Origin: Ignavibacteria bacterium
GTDB lineage: Bacteria; Bacteroidota; Ignavibacteria; Kapaibacteriales; UBA2268
Length of the DNA stretch: 64,000 nt
NCBI GenBank assembly: GCA_026416955.1
Contig: JAOAEE010000065.1
Span: 14,471-78,470, forward strand
Reading direction: 5' to 3'
The position numbers and the translations under genes are program-made. Shown piece after piece: positions 19,921 through 30,448 of the stretch (position 1 is its first letter; every line of letters starts with the position of its first letter). The notes under the pieces are model-generated. The model made no database searches, was not told where the DNA came from, and saw only the letters and a list, made by a program, of their open reading frames with translations.

Positions 19921-21183
19921 TTATCCTTTTATTTGTAAAAACTTTGGTTTTTCCAAATCGAATTTAGTAGATTTTCGGTTTGTTTTTAGTAACAGGTACC
20001 CAAATACAACTCCAAATATACCAAAAAATGAGAAAATCCACATCCCGGGAAGGTAACTATTTGTAACTTCATTAACATATCCAATAAGAATATTTGTGGA
20101 AAATAGACCAATATTTTGTACCATTGTCATTACTCCATATGCAGTTCCTAATTTTTCCTCATCAACAACGTATGCTACCGAGGGCCACATTACAGCTGGA
20201 ATTAGTGAAAAAGCAATACCCATAATCGACATTGGAATAAACAAAGAAATTTTAGTGTAACCCATTATCAAATAAACTGGAATAATTAATAAAGAACCTA
20301 ATATCATCAACTTAGCTCTTTTTCCAAATTTATCAGCAAGTAACCCAAAAAGTGGTGTCATAATCATTGCAGAAAGTGTTAAAATACTTGAAAGGAAACC
20401 AGCAAATTCTCGGGAAACGTTGTGAACCTCTTGAAAAAATTTGATTGCGAAGGTTTGGAATGGAAACATAGCAGAATAAAATGTAACACAAAGTAAAGTT
20501 ATGAACCAGAAAGCAGGACCAAATTTGAATGCTTCTCTAATAATAACTTTATCTTGTTTTTGTTCTTTTTGCAATTTATATTTTTTTCGTGCCCAAATAT
20601 CGAGAAAAAAATATGTTAGAACAGCAATTACTGAAACTAAGGATGCAACAAAAGAAATAAGCAAAGGTCCTTGCCAACTATTGTATAGTGATTTCGCCCA
20701 AGTAGGTGAATTAAGCGCGGCGAAGGAACCTAATCTGGCGATTGTTAAGTTCAACCCAAAAGCAAAAGACAATTCTTTCCCTTTGAACCATTTTGCAAGA
20801 GTTGTAGTTATCGAAACAATCAAAGATTCAGCACCTAAACCAAAAATCAGCCTACCGATAGCCATTGTTACAATGTCGCCTTTGATAAATGTCATAAAAG
20901 AACCTATCATACACAACGAGGAGAAAAGCAGATTTGCTTTTCTTGTTCCAATCCTATCAATAATCATTCCTCCAATAGCAACCATAATAATATTAGGTAG
21001 GCTGTAGATTCCTTGGAGCAATCCAATGTTGTCGTCGGTGAAATTTAATTGTTTTGCCAAAACATCTGCCAGCGGGGAAATAGAGTCGTAGACATAGTAA
21101 TTTCCAAACATTGCAATTGAAATAACTGCGAGCACGAACCATCGCAATGCAACTGGTGGTTCGAGTAATTCAAAATTATTCAT
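19921..21183 (-). CDS. MFS transporter, MFSD1-like
   Basis: 12-TM MFS with GNYYVYD, YSLPN...GGMIIDR, GRLIFGLGAESL, WFKGKEL..FGL...ARLGS, WPSVAYVV....LGTAYG....QNIG. Confidence 0.9.
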   Translation of the reverse strand: MNNFELLEPPVALRWFVLAVISIAMFGNYYVYDSISPLADVLAKQLNFTDDNIGLLQGIYSLPNIIMVAIGGMIIDRIGTRKANLLFSSLCMIGSFMTFIKGDIVTMAIGRLIFGLGAESLIVSITTTLAKWFKGKELSFAFGLNLTIARLGSFAALNSPTWAKSLYNSWQGPLLISFVASLVSVIAVLTYFFLDIWARKKYKLQKEQKQDKVIIREAFKFGPAFWFITLLCVTFYSAMFPFQTFAIKFFQEVHNVSREFAGFLSSILTLSAMIMTPLFGLLADKFGKRAKLMILGSLLIIPVYLIMGYTKISLFIPMSIMGIAFSLIPAVMWPSVAYVVDEEKLGTAYGVMTMVQNIGLFSTNILIGYVNEVTNSYLPGMWIFSFFGIFGVVFGYLLLKTNRKSTKFDLEKPKFLQIKG

Positions 21184-21197
21184 TTGTTCTTCCTTTA

Positions 21198-23543
21198 CTA
21201 TTTGTGTTCTTTTGGGATAATAATATGAAGATGTTTTCCGATTTCAATTCTATAAAATATTACTAATCCAACTATTGAAAGCATCAAAGTGCTAAGAGTT
21301 ATTAATAAACCAAGATTAAAAGCACTTGATTCATATTTCATTTCTAATGTATGTTCCCCTTTGGGTATTTCTACGGCACGGAAACAATAGTTTGCACGGT
21401 AAACGGGAAATTCAATTCCATCAACATAGGCTTTCCAATCTGGGTACCAAATTTCACTCAATACAAGAAGAGCCGATTTATTTGTTTTTACCCTATATTT
21501 AAAATAATTGTTACTGTAGAATAAGCAAATAACTGATGTTTCGTTCTTTATTGTATCAATACTGTTCTTAACAAATTGGGGTTCTTGTTCAAGAACCACT
21601 GTTTTTCTGTATTCTAATGGGGTCTTTTGCATAAAATTTTTAATCTCGGTCTCTTTCACGACTATGAAACTATCTACAAACCAAGCTCTTGGGAAATAAT
21701 TCCCCCTTTCTACAAAACCCCAAGTTCCTTTTTCGAGGTCAACTTTTACTTCGTATTTAACATTATATAAGTCGTTAACTTGTTTTGTGCTCGGAAGTGG
21801 TGGAAGTACTCTTTCAAGTATTAAAGGGTTATAACCATCTATAAGCATAATTTCATCGATTAAGCCTTGATTCCTTTGCAATGCCATAAATCTAATTGGT
21901 TCGTACAATCTGGAACTAACGCGGAAAATTTCATTAGGCAATTTTGGTGTCAACATTGCTTTGATTTCTGGTTTTATTTCGTAGATTTTTTCTGGATTGT
22001 TGGGATTTCTGTTAAAATCGGAACCTATAATATAAAGGTCAATGAAAACAAGAGAAGCAAGCACAATACCAGCAACTGCTGGAGTAATAATTGCTCTATT
22101 TAAAAGTATACCAATAGTTGCAATAATTAGAATTAGAACTAATGCAAAACTTCCAGAATCCTTAATAATTTGATGAGCAATAACCGGGGCATTAAAAATG
22201 TCGATAAAACTTCCAGATGCTGCAAGAAGGGTAATTACAAAGGCAAGAACTAATGGGATTAAAAATTTAATAAGTGTTTCCTTTTTAAAAGATTCTTTCC
22301 AAAGAAAATCGAAACCAAAACCTGAAAGTATTGTCATTCCAAGAACAGCAAAAAACATCATTCTTCCTGGGTTTCTAAAAATACCGAAATAGGGTAAGTT
22401 GTAAAATAAGTCGAAGATAGGGCTTCCACTTCCCAAAGAGTAAAGAAATCCAAAAACGACTAAAATTGCAAAAAGAATGATAAAACGATTTTTGTAACCC
22501 ATTAGAATAGCAAATAAACCTAATATCGCAGAAGTAACACCAAAATAATAAACAGTTTCCCAGAAAAAATGAATTTGCAATTCGCCCCCAAAACGCAAAT
22601 AGAATGTTGAGTTATCCAACTGTGAACCTTCGACCCAACCAAATAGTTTAGGAACAATAGCAGTGTAGATTTGTTTAAATTGCAAAGCACCTTCCGTCGC
22701 TTTCTGGTAAGAAACCTCGTTGCGTTGTGCATACTTGGATAAATCCTTGGATGGTAAATATTGGATAGCAAAAATTCCAAAGCCTATAGCAAAGGGAATA
22801 AAAAATAGAGAAACTGCCCGAAGTATTTGCAATAGTTTAAATTTTTCTTTTAAATAAAAAATTAGAAGGTAAATACCAACAATTCCTAATAAGGTAACAA
22901 CATACAATGTTGTTTGAGGGTGCCCGGAAAGCAATGTAAAACCAAGAATAATTCCAGACAAAATTGAATAATAAATTTTGTTTTCTTCGAATGATTTTAT
23001 GAAAAAAAATAAAATGAGGGGTAGCCAAGTTAAGTGGTAAACTATCATTGGATGGATAATGTGGGCTACCATCAACATAGAAAAAGAGTAGGAAACAGCG
23101 GAAATAATTGAACCATAAGACGAGATTTTAAAAAACCTCGACAAAAAATAAACATTTATTTGGGAGATGAGAAAGTGCAAAATAATTATTATTTCGAGTG
23201 CAAGGACTGGTAGATTGGTACCAGATAATGTAAACAAAGACAAAACTCTATTGAAAAAATAAAAGAAACCTACTTGGATATCAGCAAGAAATGGCATACC
23301 AGCAAAAGTAAAAGGGTTCCAAAATGGTATTTCGCCCTTTGCAAAGGTCTTTGCCGAAAAACTTTGGACTGGAAAAACATATTCTACGAAATCTTCCCAG
23401 AAAAAGGACTTGTAGAGAATTTGGTCGTGAAAGAAAATTAGAGTTGTTGTGACAAATATTAAAAATATCAACCAAAAAGGGAGCGTTTTTGGTTCTTTGA
23501 TTGCTAAAATTACCTTTTTTTTCCTTTGTGAGGTTTTAGTCAT
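21198..23543 (-). CDS. YfhO-family polytopic membrane protein (GT-C-like glycosyltransferase)
   Basis: PFWNPFTFAGMPF, GHPQ, FRNPGR, many TM helices, C-terminal LSEIWYPDWKAYVDG...ANYCFRAV...GEH. Confidence 0.88.
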   Translation of the reverse strand: MTKTSQRKKKVILAIKEPKTLPFWLIFLIFVTTTLIFFHDQILYKSFFWEDFVEYVFPVQSFSAKTFAKGEIPFWNPFTFAGMPFLADIQVGFFYFFNRVLSLFTLSGTNLPVLALEIIIILHFLISQINVYFLSRFFKISSYGSIISAVSYSFSMLMVAHIIHPMIVYHLTWLPLILFFFIKSFEENKIYYSILSGIILGFTLLSGHPQTTLYVVTLLGIVGIYLLIFYLKEKFKLLQILRAVSLFFIPFAIGFGIFAIQYLPSKDLSKYAQRNEVSYQKATEGALQFKQIYTAIVPKLFGWVEGSQLDNSTFYLRFGGELQIHFFWETVYYFGVTSAILGLFAILMGYKNRFIILFAILVVFGFLYSLGSGSPIFDLFYNLPYFGIFRNPGRMMFFAVLGMTILSGFGFDFLWKESFKKETLIKFLIPLVLAFVITLLAASGSFIDIFNAPVIAHQIIKDSGSFALVLILIIATIGILLNRAIITPAVAGIVLASLVFIDLYIIGSDFNRNPNNPEKIYEIKPEIKAMLTPKLPNEIFRVSSRLYEPIRFMALQRNQGLIDEIMLIDGYNPLILERVLPPLPSTKQVNDLYNVKYEVKVDLEKGTWGFVERGNYFPRAWFVDSFIVVKETEIKNFMQKTPLEYRKTVVLEQEPQFVKNSIDTIKNETSVICLFYSNNYFKYRVKTNKSALLVLSEIWYPDWKAYVDGIEFPVYRANYCFRAVEIPKGEHTLEMKYESSAFNLGLLITLSTLMLSIVGLVIFYRIEIGKHLHIIIPKEHK

Positions 23544-23555
23544 ATTATTACCGAT

Positions 23556-24281
23556 TTATTTTTTTGCAATTGCAATCAATGACAAACCAAATGGAAATTT
23601 AAATTTTGTTAATACTTTTTTTTCTAACAAGAAAATATTGGTAAAAATCTTATTTAGGCTTTCAGGGACTGGGTCGACTGGTTGGATAGTGTCTTTTTTT
23701 CCATTGAATTTCATTAATCTTTTTATTACAGCAGGAATAAAAAGGAAAAAATTGAAATATGAAATGAAACGCACATCAAAACCACATTTTTCAAGCAATT
23801 CCTTTAGTTGTTTTTTTGTATATCTTCTTTTATGCATATGGATAATATCGTGATTACTCCAAAGCCACATAAATGCTGGTACAGTTAATATTAGCCATCC
23901 AGAACTATCGAGAATGCTGTGAAGTTTTATTAGTGTTTGATAGTCGTCTTCTATATGTTCAATTACATCGAGGGCGAAAATTCCCTTGATTTGATAATCA
24001 TTTGGAGCAAAATCCTCTATAGTAGATTGATAAACAAAATTTAGACCTCTTTTTCGACAATAATCTATTGCAATTGGTGATGGGTCGAGACAAATCACAT
24101 CATATTTCTTTGAAAGCAGGAATGCAAATCCCCCTGTACCACAACCAAAATCGAGAACACAATCTCCTTCCATTAAATTTGTGATTTTGTTTGTAATGTG
24201 CAAAACTATCTGGTTTCTGGCAACAAACCACCAATATTTATCTTCCAATTCAAAGTTTGTCCTATAAACTTCTTCAAACAT
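23556..24281 (-). CDS. Class I SAM-dependent methyltransferase (glycan-cluster type)
   Basis: YWWFVAR, LDFGCGTG, DVIEHI, TVPAF...HKRRYT. Confidence 0.9.
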   Translation of the reverse strand: MFEEVYRTNFELEDKYWWFVARNQIVLHITNKITNLMEGDCVLDFGCGTGGFAFLLSKKYDVICLDPSPIAIDYCRKRGLNFVYQSTIEDFAPNDYQIKGIFALDVIEHIEDDYQTLIKLHSILDSSGWLILTVPAFMWLWSNHDIIHMHKRRYTKKQLKELLEKCGFDVRFISYFNFFLFIPAVIKRLMKFNGKKDTIQPVDPVPESLNKIFTNIFLLEKKVLTKFKFPFGLSLIAIAKK

Positions 24282-24357
24282 TTATTAATTAATATTGTTT
24301 TTGAAAATGTAAATTAAACCTTATGTGTTAATAAAACAAAACCTACCAAATATACGC

Positions 24358-25752
24358 TCAATCAAATTTCCACTCTTTCTGTTTTCTCAACCTATTTTCG
24401 AGACCATTTTTTTTCAATAATTCTATGACATCATTTCGACTTAGGCGCGGGAAATTGACTTTGGAATTAGCAAGTTCGTAAACAAGGAGGGAAATAATCC
24501 CAGATGAGTTAGAAATGTATTTTTTATTTACCTTATCGAAAGTATCTCCAAAATCGTGATAATGGTGGTACATATATTCTTCCATCCAACCAAGAGGTGT
24601 AATAGAGGGAATACCTTCGAACATAAAATACATATGGTCGCTGTTTGTCCAAGGTCGGTTTACAATCCCATCTTTTAAGTTGAAACCATCCAAAGAATTA
24701 ACTATTGCCCGAGTTATTGAGTCTAATGAATTGAAACCCATTATGTTGAATCCAGTGGGGTCTCCAGGCATATCAAGGTTTACCATCAGCACAACTTCGT
24801 CTTTATGTTTTTCAACATATCTTTTTGAGCCCCAAAGGCCAAGTTCTTCGGCATTGAACCAGACTATTTCTATGGTATAATAATTATTCTTAAATCTTGA
24901 TAAATTTCTTGCAATTTCATAAAGAACTGCTATTCCAACGCCATTATCTACTCCACCTTGACTTATGTCCCAAGAATCGAAATGACCACCAACAACAATC
25001 TTTTTTGATGTTTTACCCGGAATAGTTAGAATAGCATTTTTTGAATTTGTTTCAATACAATAAGAATTGCTTTTAACTTTTATGATGGGCTCAATATTTC
25101 GGATAAGAAGCCTTTTTAATAGTTGGCCATCTTCGTATGTAATACTGAATGCTGGAATTGGGTTGGGATTGCCTTGAAAGTTTCCAACACCAGCAAGAAC
25201 TAAACCACCAGGTTTATCATTCATAAACAGAATTGCTTTTGCACCTTTTTCCGAAGCAATTTCGATAGCTTCGTAGCGAAGAAGTTCCTCGCGATTTTTA
25301 GGACGTTCTTGTGTTACTAATACAATTTTTCCTTTTACATCAATTCCTTTGTAGTCATCTTCGTAACCAAAATTGGCAAAAACAACAGGAGCTTCGATTG
25401 TATTGCTAATTGTGTTAAATCCAAGTGCAACGAACCTAAAGAATTTGAAAAAGGGCTTAACCAAGATAACGGAGTCGGAACCACGTACCCAGCCAGGGAA
25501 ATTAAATTCTTCAAACCTTATTTTTAAGTTGTCCTTTAAACCCTCTTCAATGAGAATTTTTAAAGCTTTTTCATTTTCAAAGGAACCAGCAAGTCGGCCC
25601 CCCGCTTCATCACATATCCTTTGAAGGAGAAAGTATCCCCGATTTTGGAAATAAGAAAAAGTTAAAATATCTTTCCAATCCGAAAGTTGTGAAAATGATA
25701 ACTGGTTAGTTAGGAAGATAAAATAAAAAATAAGAATGAATTTCCTTTTCAA
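24358..25752 (-). CDS. Secreted M28 metallopeptidase with PA domain (carboxypeptidase Q-like)
   Basis: Signal peptide SFS|Q; GGRLAGS, PA domain (DVKGKIVL), GGHFDSWD, DNGVG, AEELGLWGS, SDH, HYHDFGDT. Confidence 0.9.
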   Translation of the reverse strand: MKRKFILIFYFIFLTNQLSFSQLSDWKDILTFSYFQNRGYFLLQRICDEAGGRLAGSFENEKALKILIEEGLKDNLKIRFEEFNFPGWVRGSDSVILVKPFFKFFRFVALGFNTISNTIEAPVVFANFGYEDDYKGIDVKGKIVLVTQERPKNREELLRYEAIEIASEKGAKAILFMNDKPGGLVLAGVGNFQGNPNPIPAFSITYEDGQLLKRLLIRNIEPIIKVKSNSYCIETNSKNAILTIPGKTSKKIVVGGHFDSWDISQGGVDNGVGIAVLYEIARNLSRFKNNYYTIEIVWFNAEELGLWGSKRYVEKHKDEVVLMVNLDMPGDPTGFNIMGFNSLDSITRAIVNSLDGFNLKDGIVNRPWTNSDHMYFMFEGIPSITPLGWMEEYMYHHYHDFGDTFDKVNKKYISNSSGIISLLVYELANSKVNFPRLSRNDVIELLKKNGLENRLRKQKEWKFD

Positions 25753-26156
25753 TTCATTCCCTTTTCATTCAGGAACTTACCAAATTTTTTATCTTTTATT
25801 ATTATGTGGTCCATAAGCCAGTTACGTAGGAAATTCATAATTTGGATTGACAAAACTGCTTTTCCGGAATTAAAATCTTCGTAAAACCTTTTAACTTCGT
25901 CCGTAAGTTTTTCGTGTTCGTATCGGTGTTGTTCATATTCGTCGTATTGATACTTAATCATATACTCTTCTTCGGTTTTGAAATGTGTATTTACATATTG
26001 AATTAGTTCAAAAAGTACTTTCCCTAAAACTTCCTTGCCTTTTCCCGCACCCATTGCATCATTTAATTCATTGATAATATTGACAAGTCGCTTGTGTTGA
26101 TTATCGATAATTGCAACTCCAACCGAATAAGAGTCATTCCAAGTTATGAATGACAT
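25749..26156 (-). CDS. Bacteriohemerythrin
   Basis: Di-iron ligand pattern IDNQHKRL, HFKTEE, HRYEH, WLMDHIIIKD. Confidence 0.95.
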   Translation of the reverse strand: MSFITWNDSYSVGVAIIDNQHKRLVNIINELNDAMGAGKGKEVLGKVLFELIQYVNTHFKTEEEYMIKYQYDEYEQHRYEHEKLTDEVKRFYEDFNSGKAVLSIQIMNFLRNWLMDHIIIKDKKFGKFLNEKGMN

Positions 26157-26310
26157 ACTACCTCCGAGTTGTGATTTTTAACGAAATTGCAATTTAAAAA
26201 AAGTTTTTTAACTTTTTTCTTTCTATTACCCAATTAATGACTTTTTCTTCATTGTAAAGAGTAACAAAATATTTTAAATTACGTAATTTGTTTTTTTAAT
26301 TGAGGGAAAA

Positions 26311-28173
26311 ATGGAACAATTTTTACAAAATTACCCAAATGTTCCAGCACAAAAGCGTCGTTCTCGTTGGTGGGTTCCTGTTGTAATTATTGGAGTAGTA
26401 GTACTTTTCTTTTTTGTTGTTTTTCTTGCAATTGTTTCTTCAATCGGTTCTTTGTTTCAAAAAGAGCCAGTTTTAGTTCGAAACAATAGTGTATTAGTAA
26501 TTAATTTAAACATACCAGTTAATGAATATACTGGTGAATCTCTCGGCTCAATTCTTTCAACCGAAGAGACATTTACATTTTACGATTTACTTAGTGCTAT
26601 AAAAAATGCATCAATCGATAATAAGATAAAAGGGATTTATCTTCGATGTTCTAATTCGCTTTTAGGATGGGCAAAAAGGGTAGAATTTGTCGAGGCACTT
26701 CGAAAATTCAAAGAATCTGGTAAGTTTGTTTATGCTTATCTTGAACTTGGTAACGAGAGTGATTATTATTTAGCTCTACCAGCGGACAAAATTTTTCTTG
26801 CACGAGAAGGTGCTTTGGAAATGAATGGATTCGGACTTTCCGCATTATTTCTAAAAGGATTATTCGATAAAATTGGTATTGAGTATTATGTTCAACAATT
26901 TGAAGATTTTAAGTCTGCTGGTGAAACATTTTCTCGTTCTAAATTTAGCGATAGTGCACGATTAGCATACAAAGATTTACTTCAACAAAGACTCCAAATT
27001 TTTCTCGATGGTGTTGAAAAATACAGAGGTTTCAAAAGAGAAAACATAATTCAAATATTTAAGCGAGGAGTATATTCTCCCGATTCTCTACTTGCTCTTG
27101 GAATTGTTGATTCCTTATTAAATGATAACCAAGTAAAAGAGTTTATTCGTAGCGTTGTTCTTGGGAAGAAAGTCAAAATCGATTCAACAAAAGATAAAGT
27201 GAATTTTGTAAATGTTGTCGATTATATTAATAGTCAAGAGTATTCCTCTTTGGGAAATGTTGATAAGGAGAACGCAATAGCTGTAGTTTATGCGTCTGGC
27301 CCAATTGTACAGAGAACACAAAAATCTCCTTTTAGTATGGATCTGGAAATAACACCTGACAATTTCATTAAAAACTTGAAAAAGGCAAGAGAGGATAAAA
27401 AAGTAAAGGCGATAATCATAAGAATAGATAGTCCCGGTGGTTCTGTGATTGCTTCCGATGAAATTTGGAACGAGATTGTAAAAACTAAAGCGATAAAGCC
27501 AGTTTATGCTTCGATGAGTGATGTTGCCGCTTCCGGGGGGTATTATATTGCAATGGCTTGCGATACAATAATTGCACATCCAGCGACAATTACTGGTTCG
27601 ATTGGAGTTATTTCTATGATTCCAAATTTTAGTGGATTAATAAATAAACTTGGGGTTACTATCGATACTATTTCTACAAATCCCTCTGCACAAGATTTGA
27701 ATTTATTTATTCCTTTTTCAAAAAGGCAAAAAGATAAATTAACTGAAGTCATCAAGCCGATTTACGATAGGTTCATTGAAAAAGTTGCGAAAAGTAGAAA
27801 GAAATCTTTCGAAGAAATTCATAAAGTTGCAAAAGGTCGTATTTGGACTGGAGAAAAAGCCTTGGAAAAAGGTTTAGTCGATGTTTTAGGTGGATTGAAT
27901 GATGCTATAAATATTGCAAGTAAAAGAATTGGGGTGGTTAATCCAACGATTAAAAGGTATCCAAGACCAATGGATGAATTCGAAGTTTTACTAAAAATAT
28001 TATCTAAGCAAAAGGACGAAGCTAATGTGATAAACAACATCAGTGCAAAAAATATTATTAATTTATTCCCTATCGAATTAAGAATGCAAATCTTACAGTA
28101 TCTTTGTCTTTATCAAACTACTCAGACTGAACACATTTTGGCAATATTACCATATTTAATTTTGATTAGGTAA
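26311..28173 (+). CDS. sppA: Signal peptide peptidase SppA (67K type)
   Basis: N-terminal TM, FKSAGE, RIDSPGGS, DVAASGGYY, TITGSIGV, GRIWTG. Confidence 0.95.
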   Translation: MEQFLQNYPNVPAQKRRSRWWVPVVIIGVVVLFFFVVFLAIVSSIGSLFQKEPVLVRNNSVLVINLNIPVNEYTGESLGSILSTEETFTFYDLLSAIKNASIDNKIKGIYLRCSNSLLGWAKRVEFVEALRKFKESGKFVYAYLELGNESDYYLALPADKIFLAREGALEMNGFGLSALFLKGLFDKIGIEYYVQQFEDFKSAGETFSRSKFSDSARLAYKDLLQQRLQIFLDGVEKYRGFKRENIIQIFKRGVYSPDSLLALGIVDSLLNDNQVKEFIRSVVLGKKVKIDSTKDKVNFVNVVDYINSQEYSSLGNVDKENAIAVVYASGPIVQRTQKSPFSMDLEITPDNFIKNLKKAREDKKVKAIIIRIDSPGGSVIASDEIWNEIVKTKAIKPVYASMSDVAASGGYYIAMACDTIIAHPATITGSIGVISMIPNFSGLINKLGVTIDTISTNPSAQDLNLFIPFSKRQKDKLTEVIKPIYDRFIEKVAKSRKKSFEEIHKVAKGRIWTGEKALEKGLVDVLGGLNDAINIASKRIGVVNPTIKRYPRPMDEFEVLLKILSKQKDEANVINNISAKNIINLFPIELRMQILQYLCLYQTTQTEHILAILPYLILIR

Positions 28174-29248
28174 TTGCATTATTTAAAGAATTATAATAGT
28201 TTTTTACAACCCGTTCGATACCTTCTTTTAAGGTAGTTTTGGGATTCCAACCCAATTTTATTGCACGCGATACATCAAGTAACTTACGAGGTGTGCCTTC
28301 AGGTTTTTGAGGATTCCATCCTATTTCTCCTTCGAAACCAACTATCTTTTTTATTAATTCAGCAAGATTTTTAATGGAAATATCTTCGCCAGTTCCAATA
28401 TTAATAAAAGGTTCCAAATCTTTGGCGTCGTAATTTTCAATAAAGTAGATACAAGCATCGGCCAAATCATCGACATAAAGAAACTCTCGCATTGCTTTGC
28501 CTTGTCCCCATAAAATTACTTTATTCCTGAAAATTCCAAGTGAACCAAGAGTTTGGATAATGTTTTCTTTAGTTAAGCTGTGAATTTTACTATCTATTCC
28601 AAAACCGATGGGTTTTGACTTGAAATCTTGCATAATTAAATCGAAATTTTCCTCCGAAAGGGCTTTTGCAAGAATAAATTTTCGAATAAGAGCAGGAAGA
28701 ACGTGGGAGGTTTCAAGGTTGAAATTATCATTCTCTCCAAAAAGGTTGGTTGGCATTAAAGAAATGAAGTTGGTGCCATATTGATAATTAAATGCTTGGC
28801 ACATTTTGATTGCTGCTATTTTTGCAATTGCATAGGGTTCATTGGTTGGTTCTAAGGTGCCAGTTAATAAATATTCTTCTTTCAAAGGTTGGGGAGCATA
28901 TTTAGGATATATGCAAGAAGACCCGAGATTCACTAATTTTTTTACTTCATATTTATACGAGGAGAATATCACGTTTGAAGCAATTAAAATGTTGTCGTAA
29001 ATGAAGTCTGCTCGATATGTATTATTTGCAAGTATACCACCTACTTTTGCAGCGGCAAGGAAGACATAGTCGGGTTTTGTAGTTTCAAAAAATTCCTCAG
29101 TTTCTTTTTGTCTCCTTAGGTCTAATTCTTTCCTCGATGGAGTAAGTAGGTTAGTATAACCTTTTTCCAAGAGTTTTTTTGTTATTGCAGAACCAACTAA
29201 GCCTTTTGCTCCGGCAACAAAGATTTTGAAATTGTTATCAGACTTCAT
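28166..29248 (-). CDS. fcl: GDP-L-fucose synthase
   Basis: [43 protein letters not shown]. Start 29248 or 29263. Confidence 0.95.
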   Translation of the reverse strand: MKSDNNFKIFVAGAKGLVGSAITKKLLEKGYTNLLTPSRKELDLRRQKETEEFFETTKPDYVFLAAAKVGGILANNTYRADFIYDNILIASNVIFSSYKYEVKKLVNLGSSCIYPKYAPQPLKEEYLLTGTLEPTNEPYAIAKIAAIKMCQAFNYQYGTNFISLMPTNLFGENDNFNLETSHVLPALIRKFILAKALSEENFDLIMQDFKSKPIGFGIDSKIHSLTKENIIQTLGSLGIFRNKVILWGQGKAMREFLYVDDLADACIYFIENYDAKDLEPFINIGTGEDISIKNLAELIKKIVGFEGEIGWNPQKPEGTPRKLLDVSRAIKLGWNPKTTLKEGIERVVKNYYNSLNNAIT

Positions 29249-30395
29249 TTTGAATGTCTTCAAGTTCTACAACTTTATGTTCAGTCCAAGCAAGCCCTTT
29301 TTGCTTTACTTTTTTATATCCTTCAAACTTAGGTTTAATCCCAACAAGAAGTAAATCGTAATCGACCATAATTTTAACGAGGTCTTCGAAAAGAATTTGG
29401 GGTTCCCACCCAAGAATTTTTTTTGCTTTAGTCGAATCTGCAAGCAAGAAATCAACTTCGGTGGGCCTAAAATATTTTTGTTTCAATTCGATAACAACAT
29501 CCCCAGGATTGAAGATGTTCTCCCATTTTTTATCGAAACTTTTAATTAATCCGACCTCTTCGATTCCGTGCCCGCGCCATTCAATTTCTATTCCACAATA
29601 CTCAAATGCTTTTTCTACAAATTCACGGACAGAATGGCTTTCCCCAGTTCCAATTACAAAATCATCTGGTGCGTCGTTTTGTAATATTTTCCACATTACA
29701 CGAACATATTCTGGTGCATATCCCCAATCCCTTCGTGCATCGAGATTGCCAAGAAAGATTTTCTTTTGTTTCCCAACTAAAACATTTGCTAACCCACGAG
29801 TTATTTTTCTTGTTACGAAAATTTCTCCTCTCCGGGGGCTTTCGTGATTGAAAAGAATTCCATTCGAGGCAAATAGCTTATATGCGTTTCTGTAATTAAC
29901 GACCATCCAATAGGAATACAATTTTGAAATCGCATAAGGACTTTGAGGAGCAAAGGTGGAATTTTCGTTTTGCGGTGGAGGTGTTTTTCCAAAAAGTTCA
30001 GAAGAAGAGGCTTGATAAAATTTTGTTTTGATTCCGCTTCTTCTTATTGCTTCGAGAATTCTTGTAGTTCCAAGGCCTGTAATATTTCCAGTGTATTCTG
30101 GTAGTTCAAAAGAAACACGGACGTGGCTTTGTGCACCAAGATGATAAATTTCGTCGGGTTGGATATTGTAAATAATTTCGGTCAGTATGTTTGAATCGGA
30201 TAGATCGCCGTAATGAAGCAACAAACGAGAACTCGGATGTTCGATTGGGTCTTTGTAGATGTGGTCAATTCTGTGTGTGTTGAATGTGCTAGCTCGTCGG
30301 ATTATACCGTGGACTTCGTAACCTAATTCCAACAAAAATTCAGCAAGATACGAGCCGTCTTGCCCTGTTATTCCAGTTATAAGTGCTTTTTTCAT
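29238..30395 (-). CDS. gmd: GDP-mannose 4,6-dehydratase
   Basis: [40 protein letters not shown]. Confidence 0.97.
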   Translation of the reverse strand: MKKALITGITGQDGSYLAEFLLELGYEVHGIIRRASTFNTHRIDHIYKDPIEHPSSRLLLHYGDLSDSNILTEIIYNIQPDEIYHLGAQSHVRVSFELPEYTGNITGLGTTRILEAIRRSGIKTKFYQASSSELFGKTPPPQNENSTFAPQSPYAISKLYSYWMVVNYRNAYKLFASNGILFNHESPRRGEIFVTRKITRGLANVLVGKQKKIFLGNLDARRDWGYAPEYVRVMWKILQNDAPDDFVIGTGESHSVREFVEKAFEYCGIEIEWRGHGIEEVGLIKSFDKKWENIFNPGDVVIELKQKYFRPTEVDFLLADSTKAKKILGWEPQILFEDLVKIMVDYDLLLVGIKPKFEGYKKVKQKGLAWTEHKVVELEDIQNEV

Positions 30396-30448
30396 AATAT
30401 TTTGTAATTTAAATTTCTATTATTATTAATTTCAAAAATAAAACAAAA

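Noticed and set aside
28520-28680. Insertion in GDP-fucose synthase
   Set aside because: A similar insert after HVLPALIRK is, to my knowledge, common in Bacteroidota-type Fcl; there are no intein motifs.
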